DNA of 64,000 nt from Oceanispirochaeta sp. Lineage in GTDB: Bacteria; Spirochaetota; Spirochaetia; DSM-2461. The stretch covers positions 1,408,001 to 1,472,000 of the forward strand of contig CAXXXD010000002.1 in assembly GCA_963663385.2 (NCBI GenBank), written 5' to 3'. Of this stretch, positions 1 through 9,588 are shown piece after piece. Within the stretch, counting starts at the first letter, position 1. Every line of letters starts with the position of its first letter. Position numbers and translations under genes: made by a program. Under the pieces are notes generated by a model. That model made no database searches. It worked only from the letters and a program-made list of their open reading frames with translations, and was not told the DNA's origin.

Positions 1-944
1 ATAAGAGAGGAGGTAAAGGTTTTTGGGTTATAGAAATTCAGTTTCGCCAGACCTGAATCGATAACTGTTGTGATTCCGTCAATGGTAACCGAAGTTTCGG
101 CTATATTGGTGGATACGACAACCTTGGTTTTTCCAAAGGGAGTCCGGATGAAAATCCTTTCCTGTTCTTCCTTGCTCAAACGGCCGTACAGGGGTTGAAG
201 CAGGAGCTTCCGGCTTACCGAACAGGTGCTTAAGGCGGCAATCGTGTCTTTTATTATCTTTTCACCTGACAGAAAAACAAGAACGTCTCCCTTCCGGCGG
301 TCATTAACCACCCGTTCTACAATCTGTACAATTTTTTCTACCAGACGGTCCGGTTCTGCCATAACCGACGGGGGATCATATACCATGGCGACAGGAAATA
401 CAGGTGTTTCGATTGTCAGGACCGGTGCCTGATCAAAATACTGGGAAAATACTGCTGCATTAATGGTTGCCGAAGATATAATAACTTTGAAATCCGGCCG
501 TTCCGCCAGAATCCCTTTTAAAAGACCCAGAATAAAGTCAATGTTTAGGCTCCGTTCATGAGCTTCATCCACCATTATAACCTGATATTGCCGCAGCATG
601 GGGTCGTTCTTCATTTCCTGAAGCAGGGTTCCGTCGGTCATGACTTTCATATGGGTTTCAGGAACGGTTCTGTCTTCAAAGCGCATTTTATACCCTACAA
701 GTCCGGGTACTTTAGTGCCGATCTGTTTTGCTATATAATCGCAGACCGACAGGGTGGCGATACGGCGCGGCTGGGTCACTCCCACCATCCCCCGGGCCGT
801 ATACCCCGCTTCGTGAAGGATCAGGGGAATCTGGGTTGTTTTTCCCGAGCCTGTGGGGCTTTCCACGATAATAACCTGATTCTCTTCCAGGCACTTGAGT
901 ATTCGGTTCTTTTCTTTATATACAGGGAGTTCTTTGGGGTTCAC
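1..944 (-). CDS. hrpA: ATP-dependent DEAH-box RNA helicase (HrpA family), 3' end runs off the window
   Basis: Not in the ORF track. Hand translation from GTG at 944 gives MNPKELPVYKEKNRIL...VESPTGSGKTTQIP (Walker A), MVDEAHERSLNID (DEAH), SSAT and STNIAETSVTIDGI. Abuts the hisS stop. Confidence 0.9.
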   Translation of the reverse strand, partial: MNPKELPVYKEKNRILKCLEENQVIIVESPTGSGKTTQIPLILHEAGYTARGMVGVTQPRRIATLSVCDYIAKQIGTKVPGLVGYKMRFEDRTVPETHMKVMTDGTLLQEMKNDPMLRQYQVIMVDEAHERSLNIDFILGLLKGILAERPDFKVIISSATINAAVFSQYFDQAPVLTIETPVFPVAMVYDPPSVMAEPDRLVEKIVQIVERVVNDRRKGDVLVFLSGEKIIKDTIAALSTCSVSRKLLLQPLYGRLSKEEQERIFIRTPFGKTKVVVSTNIAETSVTIDGITTVIDSGLAKLNFYNPKTFTSSL

Positions 945-2249
945 TTACAGAAGTTCTCCTGCCTTTTTCAAGGCTTCCTCGAGGGTTAAGCCGTCAAAGT
1001 TTTCCCTCTTTGTCATATCTTTCAGGTTAACGGTACTCGCTTCTTTTTCCTTGCTGCCGCATATTATGGCAAGCGGGATGCTTTTGGCTTCGGCAAACTT
1101 GAACTGGGGACCGAACTTTTTTGTTTCATGGTACACTTCACAGCAGAAGCCAGCTTTGCGGAAGCTGTCTGCCATACTGTGGTAGTGTCCGATCAGGTCG
1201 GAGTCCATATTCAGGATGATTACCTGGGTTTTGCTTGCTTTGGCAGCGGAATGCCCCAGCTCTTCCAGACCCGCCATCAGACGGTCCAGCCCGATGGACG
1301 ATCCCACTCCCGGGAGGGATTCTTTTGTGTACAGCCCGGCCAGGTTGTTATAGCGTCCGCCGGAACAGACCGAACCGATACCGGGCAGATCATCCAGAAA
1401 GGTTTCGTAAACAATCCCGGTGTAGTAGTCCAGACCTCTCGTGATGGAGGGGTTCAGAACAAAAGCCTCTTCAATTCCCAGTTCACATATATAACCATAG
1501 ATGGCCCGGAGCCTTTCCGTGTCTTCCGCCGGACCTCCCGCCAGATTTTCCAGCTTTTCAAGAGTCGGGATGAATCCCTCCTCCTTCTGAATAAAATCCA
1601 GAATCTTTTCGGCTTTTTCCGCATCCGCCAGTTCTGTCAGAAGCCTGACAACTTCGTCTCTTCCTATCTTGGCCAGTTTATCAACGGTTCTGAGAATTTC
1701 AACATTCTGATCCTGAATCCCAAGGTAATCCAGAAAGCGGTTGAAAATACCCCGGTGGCTCAGGTGGATGGTGCAGTTCGGTACGTTAAGAGCGCTCAGG
1801 GAGCTTCGCATCATCATCAGGATCTCAAAATCAGCCGAAGCGCAGTCGGTTCCCACAATATCAAAATCGCACTGGGTAAATTCCCTGTAGCGTCCCCTCT
1901 GGGTATTTTCACCCCGCCATACTTTATTAATATGATAACGTTTAAAGGGGAGGTAAAGATCATTCCGGTTTTTAGCCATAAAACGGGCAAAGGGGATGGT
2001 CAGGTCAAAGCGGAGAGCGATGTCCCGTTTCCCGTTATCCTGAAAGCGGTACATCTGTTTGTCCGTTTCTCCGCTTCCTTTTCCCAGTAGTACTTCCGTA
2101 TATTCCAGGGCGGGCGTGTCTATAGGGACAAATCCGTAACTCTCAAAATTGTCCTCCAACAGGCGTATGACCCTTTTCCTTTCTATTTCTACAGCCGGGA
2201 GAAAGTCCCGGAATCCTTTTAAAACTTTTGGTTCTATAATCTTGCTCAT
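945..2249 (-). CDS. hisS: Histidine--tRNA ligase
   Basis: KGFRDFLP, LRFDLTIPFAR, RGENTQRGRYREFTQCDFD, RGLDYYTG, GGRYNNL, C-terminal anticodon-binding domain. Confidence 0.97.
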   Translation of the reverse strand: MSKIIEPKVLKGFRDFLPAVEIERKRVIRLLEDNFESYGFVPIDTPALEYTEVLLGKGSGETDKQMYRFQDNGKRDIALRFDLTIPFARFMAKNRNDLYLPFKRYHINKVWRGENTQRGRYREFTQCDFDIVGTDCASADFEILMMMRSSLSALNVPNCTIHLSHRGIFNRFLDYLGIQDQNVEILRTVDKLAKIGRDEVVRLLTELADAEKAEKILDFIQKEEGFIPTLEKLENLAGGPAEDTERLRAIYGYICELGIEEAFVLNPSITRGLDYYTGIVYETFLDDLPGIGSVCSGGRYNNLAGLYTKESLPGVGSSIGLDRLMAGLEELGHSAAKASKTQVIILNMDSDLIGHYHSMADSFRKAGFCCEVYHETKKFGPQFKFAEAKSIPLAIICGSKEKEASTVNLKDMTKRENFDGLTLEEALKKAGELL

Positions 2250-2295
2250 ACTCCGTATTCTGACGCTTCACCATTATAAAATCAAGGGTTTCGGA

Positions 2296-2742
2296 TTATT
2301 CTCCCTGTACCTGATAATAAAGTGTCCGGGTTCTATTCCCCGTGTCGCACTCTATAAGAACTACGTTCTGCCAGGGGCCAAGCTTTACCTCTCCGTCCAG
2401 AACCGGAATCGAAAGGGAGTGGTTCAGCAGGAGAGCCCGCAGGTGGCTGGAACCGTTATCATCGTGCCAGGTTTCATGGTGACAGTAAGGGGTCCCGTCA
2501 GCAAATCGTTCACCGTAAGGCAATCCAAGGGCTGAGGAGAACATATGATCCATATCGCTGTTCATAATTCCCGGTTCAGCCTCTGTTACCGCCAGCGCCG
2601 CTACGCATCCCGCTACGAAAACCATCACATACCCTTCCCGGATCCCGCTTTCGTCAACAGTTTCACGGATATGGTCATCCAGTATCACTTTTCCCATCCT
2701 GCCCTGCAGATGGTAGTCTCTTTTTTTTGTATATACAGCCAT
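2296..2742 (-). CDS. YjbQ/UPF0047 family protein
   Basis: HHETWHDDNGSSHLRA and LGPWQNVVLIECD motifs, 148 aa. Confidence 0.85.
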   Translation of the reverse strand: MAVYTKKRDYHLQGRMGKVILDDHIRETVDESGIREGYVMVFVAGCVAALAVTEAEPGIMNSDMDHMFSSALGLPYGERFADGTPYCHHETWHDDNGSSHLRALLLNHSLSIPVLDGEVKLGPWQNVVLIECDTGNRTRTLYYQVQGE

Positions 2743-2772
2743 AACGATAACCTACCAAACCTCCTGAAATTT

Positions 2773-2798
2773 AAAAAGACCGCCCCGGAAGGCGGTCT
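2773..2798 (-). terminator. Rho-independent terminator after ygeW
   Basis: AGACCGCC/GGCGGTCT stem followed by a T-run on the minus strand. Confidence 0.75.
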
Positions 2799-2819
2799 GG
2801 TCAAAACAATTCAGTTATT

Positions 2820-4016
2820 TCAGGAAATCCTTTCCTTGTTCTCCTTCAGAAGTTTCATCAGGGTTTCCGAGGGATTCCTGAATTTACTCATAAAAATCAT
2901 GGCAGCAATGATGTAGGGTTTGAAGCTGGCTTCCTTGTACAGGGGATCTCTGTAACGGTCAAATACGCTTGCCTCCACTTCGCCTTCCTTGCAGCTTACA
3001 CCGCTGATATCTGCGGGGAGACAGTGCATGTAGAGGGCCTTACCGTTTTTGGTGGTTTTCATCAGCTCTTCCGTACATTCCCAGTCTTTATGTTTGGCAT
3101 TCTGCGCCAGAAGTTCCTTTTCCAGAGCGGCAATTCCTTCATGATCCCCTTTACCGTAGAGGTCTGTCCGTTTTTCCATGGCGCTGAAGGGAGCCCAGCT
3201 TTTGGGGTATACAATATCCGCATCCTTGAAAGCCTCGGCCATGGAATTTGTTTTGGTAAAAGATCCGCCGCTGGATTCGCTGTTCTGTCTGGCCACTTCT
3301 TCCACTTCAGGCATTACTTCATAACCTTCAGGATGAGCCAGGGTGACATCCATACCGAAACGGGTCAGCAGACCGATAATTCCCTGTGGAACAGAAAGAG
3401 GTTTTCCATAGGAGGGCGAATAGGCCCAGGTCATGGCCACTTTTTTACCCTTGAGGTTTTCTATTCCGCCGAATTCATTAATCAGATGCAGCGCATCGGC
3501 CATGCTCTGTGTGGGATGGTCGATATCACACTGAAGGTTAACCAGTGTGGGGCGCTGTTCCAGAACACCATCCTGATGACCCTCTTTTACGGCTTTGGAC
3601 ACCTCCTGCATATAGGTATGACCCTTTCCGATGTACATATCGTCACGGATGCCGATAACATCTGCCATAAAGCTGATCATATTGGCTGTTTCACGAACGG
3701 TTTCGCCGTGGGCGACCTGGGATTTTCCTTCGTCCAGGTCCTGTACTTCCAGACCGAGCAGGTTACAGGCGCTGGCATAGCTGAATCGGGTCCTTGTTGA
3801 GTTATCCCGGAATAGAGATATTCCCAGTCCGCTGTCGAATACTTTCGGGGATATATTATTCTCTCTCATCCCCCTCAGAATTTCCGCAACTTCAAAAACA
3901 GCTGCAATTTCATCATCTGTTTTATCCCAGGTCAGGAAAAAATCATCAAGATACATATTTTCCGCTCTCAGGCAGGCCAGGTCCTTAATCCGTTCTTCAA
4001 TTCCCACTCTATCCAT
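2820..4016 (-). CDS. ygeW: Knotted carbamoyltransferase YgeW
   Basis: FRDNSTRTRFS, HPTQ, WAYSPSYGKPLSVPQG, YMHCLPAD. Confidence 0.93.
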   Translation of the reverse strand: MDRVGIEERIKDLACLRAENMYLDDFFLTWDKTDDEIAAVFEVAEILRGMRENNISPKVFDSGLGISLFRDNSTRTRFSYASACNLLGLEVQDLDEGKSQVAHGETVRETANMISFMADVIGIRDDMYIGKGHTYMQEVSKAVKEGHQDGVLEQRPTLVNLQCDIDHPTQSMADALHLINEFGGIENLKGKKVAMTWAYSPSYGKPLSVPQGIIGLLTRFGMDVTLAHPEGYEVMPEVEEVARQNSESSGGSFTKTNSMAEAFKDADIVYPKSWAPFSAMEKRTDLYGKGDHEGIAALEKELLAQNAKHKDWECTEELMKTTKNGKALYMHCLPADISGVSCKEGEVEASVFDRYRDPLYKEASFKPYIIAAMIFMSKFRNPSETLMKLLKENKERIS

Positions 4017-4043
4017 AATTTACTCTCCTCAATATAATACTAT

Positions 4044-4994
4044 TTATACTGTAATATGCGTTCCGCTGCCATTGGCAACAGCATCTTTGATGTTTTCGGG
4101 GCTGGTTATAATAACCTCTTTTCCCCCGTTTTCCAGGAATGTCATGGCTGCTTCCATTTTCGGAGACATACTGCCCGGTGCAAAATGACCGGCTTCCATA
4201 TAATCCCGGGCTTCTGCCAGACTTATATGCCTGAGTTCCTTCTGATCCGGCTTTCCGAAGTTGAGGCAGACGCTTTTTACCCCGGTAGAGATAATAAACA
4301 GGTCTGCTTTCAACATGCCCGCCATCAGACTGGTCGCCCTGTCTTTATCGATTACAGCATCAATTCCATTCAGGTTGCCCTGTTCATCTTCAATCACGGG
4401 GATCCCGCCGCCTCCACCCGCGATAACACAGAAATCTGCTTTCAAAAGGGCTTCAATAGCTTTTAATTCGATAATCTCTTTAGGTTTGGGAGAGGCAACC
4501 ATCCGTCGGAATCCTCTGCCGGCATCTTCTGTCAGAGTCCATTCCGGATGGGCTTCCTTAAGCATAATGCTCTCTTCTTCCGTGTAGAACTGTCCAATCG
4601 GTTTAGCCGGGTTGATAAAGGCATCATCATCCTTATCTACTTTTATTTGGGTCACAACAGTTGCCGCTGTCATACTAATATTCTTTTTGCGGAATTCATT
4701 ATCCAGAGCCTGTTGTAACTGATAACCGATAGCTCCCTGTGTATCCGCATCACAACTGACCAGGGGGACCGGATGCATATGGGCCACCTCTTCTGCTATT
4801 TCCGACCGTCTCAGAATGAAACCAACCTGAGGCCCGTTCCCGTGTGTTACAACAACCTGCCAGCCGGTCTCTACAAGATCGGCTATGTGTCTGGATGTTT
4901 CGCAGATTGCATTATACTGATCTTCCACACGCATATGCTCTTTATCCGAAATAAGGGAATTCCCTCCCACTGCGATTATAGCCAGTTTCTTCAT
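4044..4994 (-). CDS. arcC: Carbamate kinase
   Basis: AVGGNSL, THGNGPQVG, GGGGGIPV, DAVIDKD, PGSMSPK. Confidence 0.95.
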   Translation of the reverse strand: MKKLAIIAVGGNSLISDKEHMRVEDQYNAICETSRHIADLVETGWQVVVTHGNGPQVGFILRRSEIAEEVAHMHPVPLVSCDADTQGAIGYQLQQALDNEFRKKNISMTAATVVTQIKVDKDDDAFINPAKPIGQFYTEEESIMLKEAHPEWTLTEDAGRGFRRMVASPKPKEIIELKAIEALLKADFCVIAGGGGGIPVIEDEQGNLNGIDAVIDKDRATSLMAGMLKADLFIISTGVKSVCLNFGKPDQKELRHISLAEARDYMEAGHFAPGSMSPKMEAAMTFLENGGKEVIITSPENIKDAVANGSGTHITV

Positions 4995-5030
4995 TTTCCC
5001 ATCCTCTTAATATAATGGCTTATCCAGTAG

Positions 5031-5080
5031 ATTATAGATCCTATTCAAATTATTTTGCAAGCTTTATTAAAAAATTGTAA
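5031..5080. promoter_or_regulatory. arcC promoter (minus strand, TTGCAA-N18-TATAAT) overlapped by two 17-bp TTACAA-N5-TTGTAA-like boxes
   Basis: Boxes TTCAAATTATTTTGCAA (5044-5060) and TTATTAAAAAATTGTAA (5064-5080); -10 at 5031-5036. Confidence 0.6.
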
Positions 5081-5150
5081 GAAAATGGCCTGGTTTTTTG
5101 GCATAACTGATTTTTTCTGATATACTATCAGTGATTAGAAGGAGATCACT

Positions 5151-5780
5151 ATGGAAATACCCGGTCATCTGGAAACTTATATACCTGTCATTCAGGCGGT
5201 AGGAAGAACTCTGGGAATAGGAGAGGTACTTTTGTATGATCTTACCCAGAATCCGCCTGTAATCATAGCCAAAGAGGGGGGGATCACAGGGCGGAAAATC
5301 GGTACGCCTGCTACTCAGCTTTTGCAGGATATTATAAAGGGAATGCTGGAGCAGGATGAAACCATGCGGGTAAATTATGAATCTGTTACAAAATCAGGCA
5401 AACCCCTGAAGTCCACCACAGTTCTGCTCAGGAATGAAAGTGACGAACTACAGGGGGCCCTCAGTATTAATGTGGATATGAGTTCCATCAGCATCCTGCA
5501 GCATCTTATCAGTCAGATTTCCGGTAAAGAAAAAATTGATGAGTATGACGAGATGCCTCAGAATACACAGGAGTTCCTTAATGTCATGATCCGGAAGGGA
5601 ATTGAAAGCGTCGGTAAGCCTGTCTGTTATTTTGATAAAAAGGATAATCTTGAAGTGGTAAGATTTTTGAATTCCAATAACATATTTACGATCAAGGGAT
5701 CCACTGACTCCCTTGCGGGAGAATTGAATGTGTCCCGTTATACAATCTATAACTATATAGAAGAGGTTAAGAACAGCTGA
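5151..5780 (+). CDS. YheO-like PAS-HTH transcriptional regulator
   Basis: ITGRKIG.PAT, NYESVTKSGKPLKSTT, ALSINVD, C-terminal FTIKGS...LNVSRYTIYNYI; divergent from arcC. Confidence 0.9.
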   Translation: MEIPGHLETYIPVIQAVGRTLGIGEVLLYDLTQNPPVIIAKEGGITGRKIGTPATQLLQDIIKGMLEQDETMRVNYESVTKSGKPLKSTTVLLRNESDELQGALSINVDMSSISILQHLISQISGKEKIDEYDEMPQNTQEFLNVMIRKGIESVGKPVCYFDKKDNLEVVRFLNSNNIFTIKGSTDSLAGELNVSRYTIYNYIEEVKNS

Positions 5781-5831
5781 AAACCGTGTTCCACATTGTT
5801 TTTTTCTGTTTTCAGCGCCTATAATCAGAGT

Positions 5832-7190
5832 ATGTTCACTTACCTGGATGATACTGTTGAAATTATTGGTTCAGAACGGCCTCCTTTTTCAGATGACAGG
5901 ACCATACTCCCTTATTTTGATGAGATGCTTATAAAGGGAGGGATTTTCCCCTGGTTCTGGGATCTGAAATCAATGAAGTTCTTTATCCATAATTCCATTC
6001 TGGATAAAATAACAACTCCCGAAACTGTTTTCACGACCTTAAACAGATTTTTCGCTTTGAATATATTTAAGGATGATCAGGAAAAATTACTGAAGTCCCT
6101 GTTTCATTCCTATAGAATAAAGACTTTTCATCCTGTTAATTTCCGCATGTTTATTAACAGCAGGGAGTCTCTGCACTGGTTCCGAATGGAAGGTGCATTT
6201 AATTTTGAAGAGGACCGGCTGGTCAGCACTGTTGGTTACCTTGTCAACATTACCCAATACAGGAAGCTCCATCAGAGACTTTCTGATTCTACGGATTATT
6301 TCAAAACAATAACGGATATGATCCCGCTCCCTATTTTCTATAAGGACAGGAATCTGATCTACCGCTATCATAATAAGGCCTTTAATGAAGCGATGAATCT
6401 GCCTCCTGAAAAAATCAATGGCAAAACGGTGTATGATCTGGAACCCGGCTCCTTGAGTGAAATTTTCAATCAGGCTGACAGGGAACTGCTGGAAAATTCC
6501 AGTCTTCAGGTATATGAATCTACGGTCCGGTATGGTGATGGTTCCTTCAGGGATATTGTCTTTAGAAAAAATGTTATCTATACCGAAACCGGAGAGGTGG
6601 AAGGGATTGCCGGTATCATGACCGATGTGACCGAGACCCGCCGGATGGAAGTAAAAATGGCACGTATGGTTATGATGAAGGATATATCCCTTAAGACTAA
6701 TCAGGCGATTCTGGAAGGTTCAAGTCTGAATACAATCCTGAATCTTGTTATGGAGCAAATCAGAAAGATTGTTACCAGGGCTGATTGCGGTTCCATTCTT
6801 CTTCTGGATGAAGACAATATTCTGAATCTGGAGGTTTCCTTCGGGTACAGGAAAGAGGAGGCTGAAAACTTTTCCCTTCCCTTCAGGGAATCCTTTCTCT
6901 GGAATACAGGGATTTCCCCCGGAGAAGAACCGGTTATTATTCCCGATCTGTCAAAATTGGAAAAAATTGATAAATATCCTCCCATGCCGGAAACTGAGGA
7001 GAGAATTCCTGTTCAGTCAATCCTGAGCATTCCCATCTGCAGTAAGGACAGGGTGCTGGGGATTCTTTCTCTGGATAGTTATAAAAAAAATATTTTTAAT
7101 GAAGACGATCTGGAGATGATGCGCTATCTGAAGGAACATCTGCTGGTACTTCTGGATAATCAGCAGGCCTTTCAGAGGCTTCTGCAGTAG
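5832..7190 (+). CDS. PAS-PAS-GAF sensor protein with no output domain (probably a truncated diguanylate cyclase)
   Basis: PAS (IPLPIFYKD...HNKAF...GKTVYDL), GAF (SILSIPI...LGILSLDS...FNEDDL). Start moved to ATG 5832, 6 nt after TATAAT. GGDEF-start-like residues follow the TAG. Confidence 0.75.
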   Translation: MFTYLDDTVEIIGSERPPFSDDRTILPYFDEMLIKGGIFPWFWDLKSMKFFIHNSILDKITTPETVFTTLNRFFALNIFKDDQEKLLKSLFHSYRIKTFHPVNFRMFINSRESLHWFRMEGAFNFEEDRLVSTVGYLVNITQYRKLHQRLSDSTDYFKTITDMIPLPIFYKDRNLIYRYHNKAFNEAMNLPPEKINGKTVYDLEPGSLSEIFNQADRELLENSSLQVYESTVRYGDGSFRDIVFRKNVIYTETGEVEGIAGIMTDVTETRRMEVKMARMVMMKDISLKTNQAILEGSSLNTILNLVMEQIRKIVTRADCGSILLLDEDNILNLEVSFGYRKEEAENFSLPFRESFLWNTGISPGEEPVIIPDLSKLEKIDKYPPMPETEERIPVQSILSIPICSKDRVLGILSLDSYKKNIFNEDDLEMMRYLKEHLLVLLDNQQAFQRLLQ

Positions 7191-7336
7191 TCCCGTTTCG
7201 ACTCTCTGTCCGGTATGGCAACCAGGCATTATTTTGAAGCCGTAAAAAAAACTGCTGATTTAAATTCCCTGTTTGTAATCTTCTCTCCCTGCTACTAATC
7301 TTTATATTGCATGAATGACTGTAAATGGAAGGTGAC

Positions 7337-8410
7337 ATGATGAGTATCATTACAAGACATCCCGAGAACCCCTTGATTAAACCGGCTGATATCCCGCCTT
7401 CGACGGAAGGGTATAAAGTCCTGGGCGCCTTTAATCCGGCTGCAGCAGAATTCAACGGGGAAACCCTTTTGCTGTTGCGGGTAGCGGAAAGCTGTATTAA
7501 GGAAGAAGGGTATATCTCAGTGCCCTATTACTGTTTTGGCGAATCCGGGGCCAGTCCTGCCATATTGAAGGTTCGGGAGGATGACCCTGATGTGACATTG
7601 AAGGATTCCAGGGGTGTTCTCTATAAGGGCATCGATTATCTGTCCACCCTCTCCCACCTTCGTCTGGCCCGCAGCCGGGATGGTATACACTTTACTGTAG
7701 ATGATAAACCTTTTATTTTTCCGACATTGGAGAGCGAAACGTTCGGCGTGGAAGATGCCAGGATATCCAGAATGGGAGAGGAATACTGGATTAATTATAC
7801 GGGAGTTTCCCGGGACGGGTTCTGTACTATGCTGGCTGTAACAGAAGATTTTGTTCATATTGAGAAAAAAGGGATCATCTTTCCGCCAATGAACAAAGAT
7901 GTTGCTTTGTTTGACATGCCCTGCAACGGGAAATACTACTGTCTGCACAGGCCGAATAACGAAGGATTCGGTCGTTCATCAATATGGATAGGCAGTTCTC
8001 CGGATCGTCTTCACTGGGGAAATCATAAATGCCTCCTCCGGCCAATGGAAAACCGTTTTGAACGGATGAAAATAGGAGGCGGCGCACCTCCTTACCTGAC
8101 TGACGAGGGGTGGCTGACAATCTATCACGGAAAGGGAGAAGGACAGCGTTATACCCTCAATACGCTTCTTCTGGACAGGGATAATCCGGAAATCATTCTG
8201 GGCCGGGGGAAGATGCCTCTTCTGGAACCGGAAGAGCCCTATGAAACCGTGGGGTTCTTCGGCAATGTGGTATTTACCAACGGATTGATTGTAAAAGAGG
8301 GGATCCAGGGGCGAACTGCCTGGATCTACTATGGGGCCAGTGATGATTCAGCCTGTCTTGCTACTGCCCGGCTGGATGATCTGGTCGACCACGCTCTCGG
8401 AAAAATATAA
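7337..8410 (+). CDS. GH130 glycoside phosphorylase, beta-1,2-mannoside phosphorylase-like
   Basis: ENPLIKPAD...GAFNP, LLLLRVAE, YLSTLSHLRLARSRDG, GVEDAR, NKDV, LHRP, YHG, YYGASD. Confidence 0.85.
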   Translation: MMSIITRHPENPLIKPADIPPSTEGYKVLGAFNPAAAEFNGETLLLLRVAESCIKEEGYISVPYYCFGESGASPAILKVREDDPDVTLKDSRGVLYKGIDYLSTLSHLRLARSRDGIHFTVDDKPFIFPTLESETFGVEDARISRMGEEYWINYTGVSRDGFCTMLAVTEDFVHIEKKGIIFPPMNKDVALFDMPCNGKYYCLHRPNNEGFGRSSIWIGSSPDRLHWGNHKCLLRPMENRFERMKIGGGAPPYLTDEGWLTIYHGKGEGQRYTLNTLLLDRDNPEIILGRGKMPLLEPEEPYETVGFFGNVVFTNGLIVKEGIQGRTAWIYYGASDDSACLATARLDDLVDHALGKI

Positions 8411-8420
8411 GGACATACTG

Positions 8421-9578
8421 ATGCGAATAGCCATGATATCGACTTATCCCCCAATAGAATGCGGGATTGCAACATATTCTGAAAACCTTTGCCAGGCCTT
8501 TCATAAAGAAGAGGATGAAATTGTCGTGATCAGTCAGCACGGTGCCCATGGACCGGATGTATTTCCTGTCTATAATGCGGCAGATGATAATATCGCTGCG
8601 GAAATTTTCAATATGCTGAGTAAGCTGACTCCGGATATTGTCCATATTCAGCATGAATTCGGTCTTTACGGAGAACAGCATGGTATTCAGGTCAATGAGT
8701 TGATACTGCGTCTTCGTATGGCCGATCTGCCTGTGGCAGTTACTCTCCATACGGTACGGAATCCCATGCCCCGGGAGGATCAGATTGTCCTTAAAAATAT
8801 TGTACAGGACAGTTCGGTGGTTATTGTGCATGAGCGTCTGCAGAAGGATATCCTGGAGGAAGTCTTTGGTAATCCCGGAAATATCAGGGTTATTCCTCAT
8901 GGTGTCCGGGATATCAAACCTGTGCCGGGAGCCCGCAGGCTGCTGGGAGTGGAAAGGTATAAAACAGCCCTGCTGGCTGGATATTACAGGCCGACCAAAC
9001 GGTTTGAACGGGTTGTTGATCTCTGGCCGGAAGTGGTAAAACGCTGCCCGGACGCACTTCTTGTACTGGCAGGTAAAATGCGGAATATCAGCTATTCCGA
9101 TTATTACCGGACATTAATGAGAAAAGTAGAGGAGTCCCCTGTACGGGACAGCATACTTGTACTGCGGGGGCAGTTTCCCCAGCATACCTTCGATACGATT
9201 ATCTCCGGGGCTGACTGTATGCTCCTCCCCTATGAAGCGGGAGCCCAGAGTGGCATTCTCTCCAATGCGGCAGCCTTTGGAGTTCCTGTTGTTACCTCAG
9301 ATCTGGATAGTTTCGAACAGTGGACCAGAGAGAGCGGGGGCGGGCTCGCGGCTCATTCGGACGAGGAGTATATCGATTATATCTGTCAGGTTCTGGACGA
9401 TCACAGTCTGCAGAAAAAACTGAAGAGGAATATGAAGGAGTATATCAGGCCTATGCTCTGGGAGGCGGTTTCGCTGAAGCACCACGAGGTGTATGAAGAG
9501 ATTGCCCGAAACCCGAATGTCTCTTCCCGTTATTTTTATGTTCCGGAGACCCGGGAACAAAGCCATCTTCATTTTTAA
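8421..9578 (+). CDS. GT4 family glycosyltransferase
   Basis: Start at MRIAMISTYPPIECGIATY after an AAGGA RBS; HIQHEFGLYG, TLHTV, IPHG, LLPY...QSGIL. Confidence 0.9.
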   Translation: MRIAMISTYPPIECGIATYSENLCQAFHKEEDEIVVISQHGAHGPDVFPVYNAADDNIAAEIFNMLSKLTPDIVHIQHEFGLYGEQHGIQVNELILRLRMADLPVAVTLHTVRNPMPREDQIVLKNIVQDSSVVIVHERLQKDILEEVFGNPGNIRVIPHGVRDIKPVPGARRLLGVERYKTALLAGYYRPTKRFERVVDLWPEVVKRCPDALLVLAGKMRNISYSDYYRTLMRKVEESPVRDSILVLRGQFPQHTFDTIISGADCMLLPYEAGAQSGILSNAAAFGVPVVTSDLDSFEQWTRESGGGLAAHSDEEYIDYICQVLDDHSLQKKLKRNMKEYIRPMLWEAVSLKHHEVYEEIARNPNVSSRYFYVPETREQSHLHF

Positions 9579-9588
9579 ACGGCAGAGA

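Noticed and set aside
7188..7190. TAG as a pyrrolysine or read-through codon
   Set aside because: Read-through adds only ~35 residues and no GGDEF active-site motif; no pyl genes in the window.
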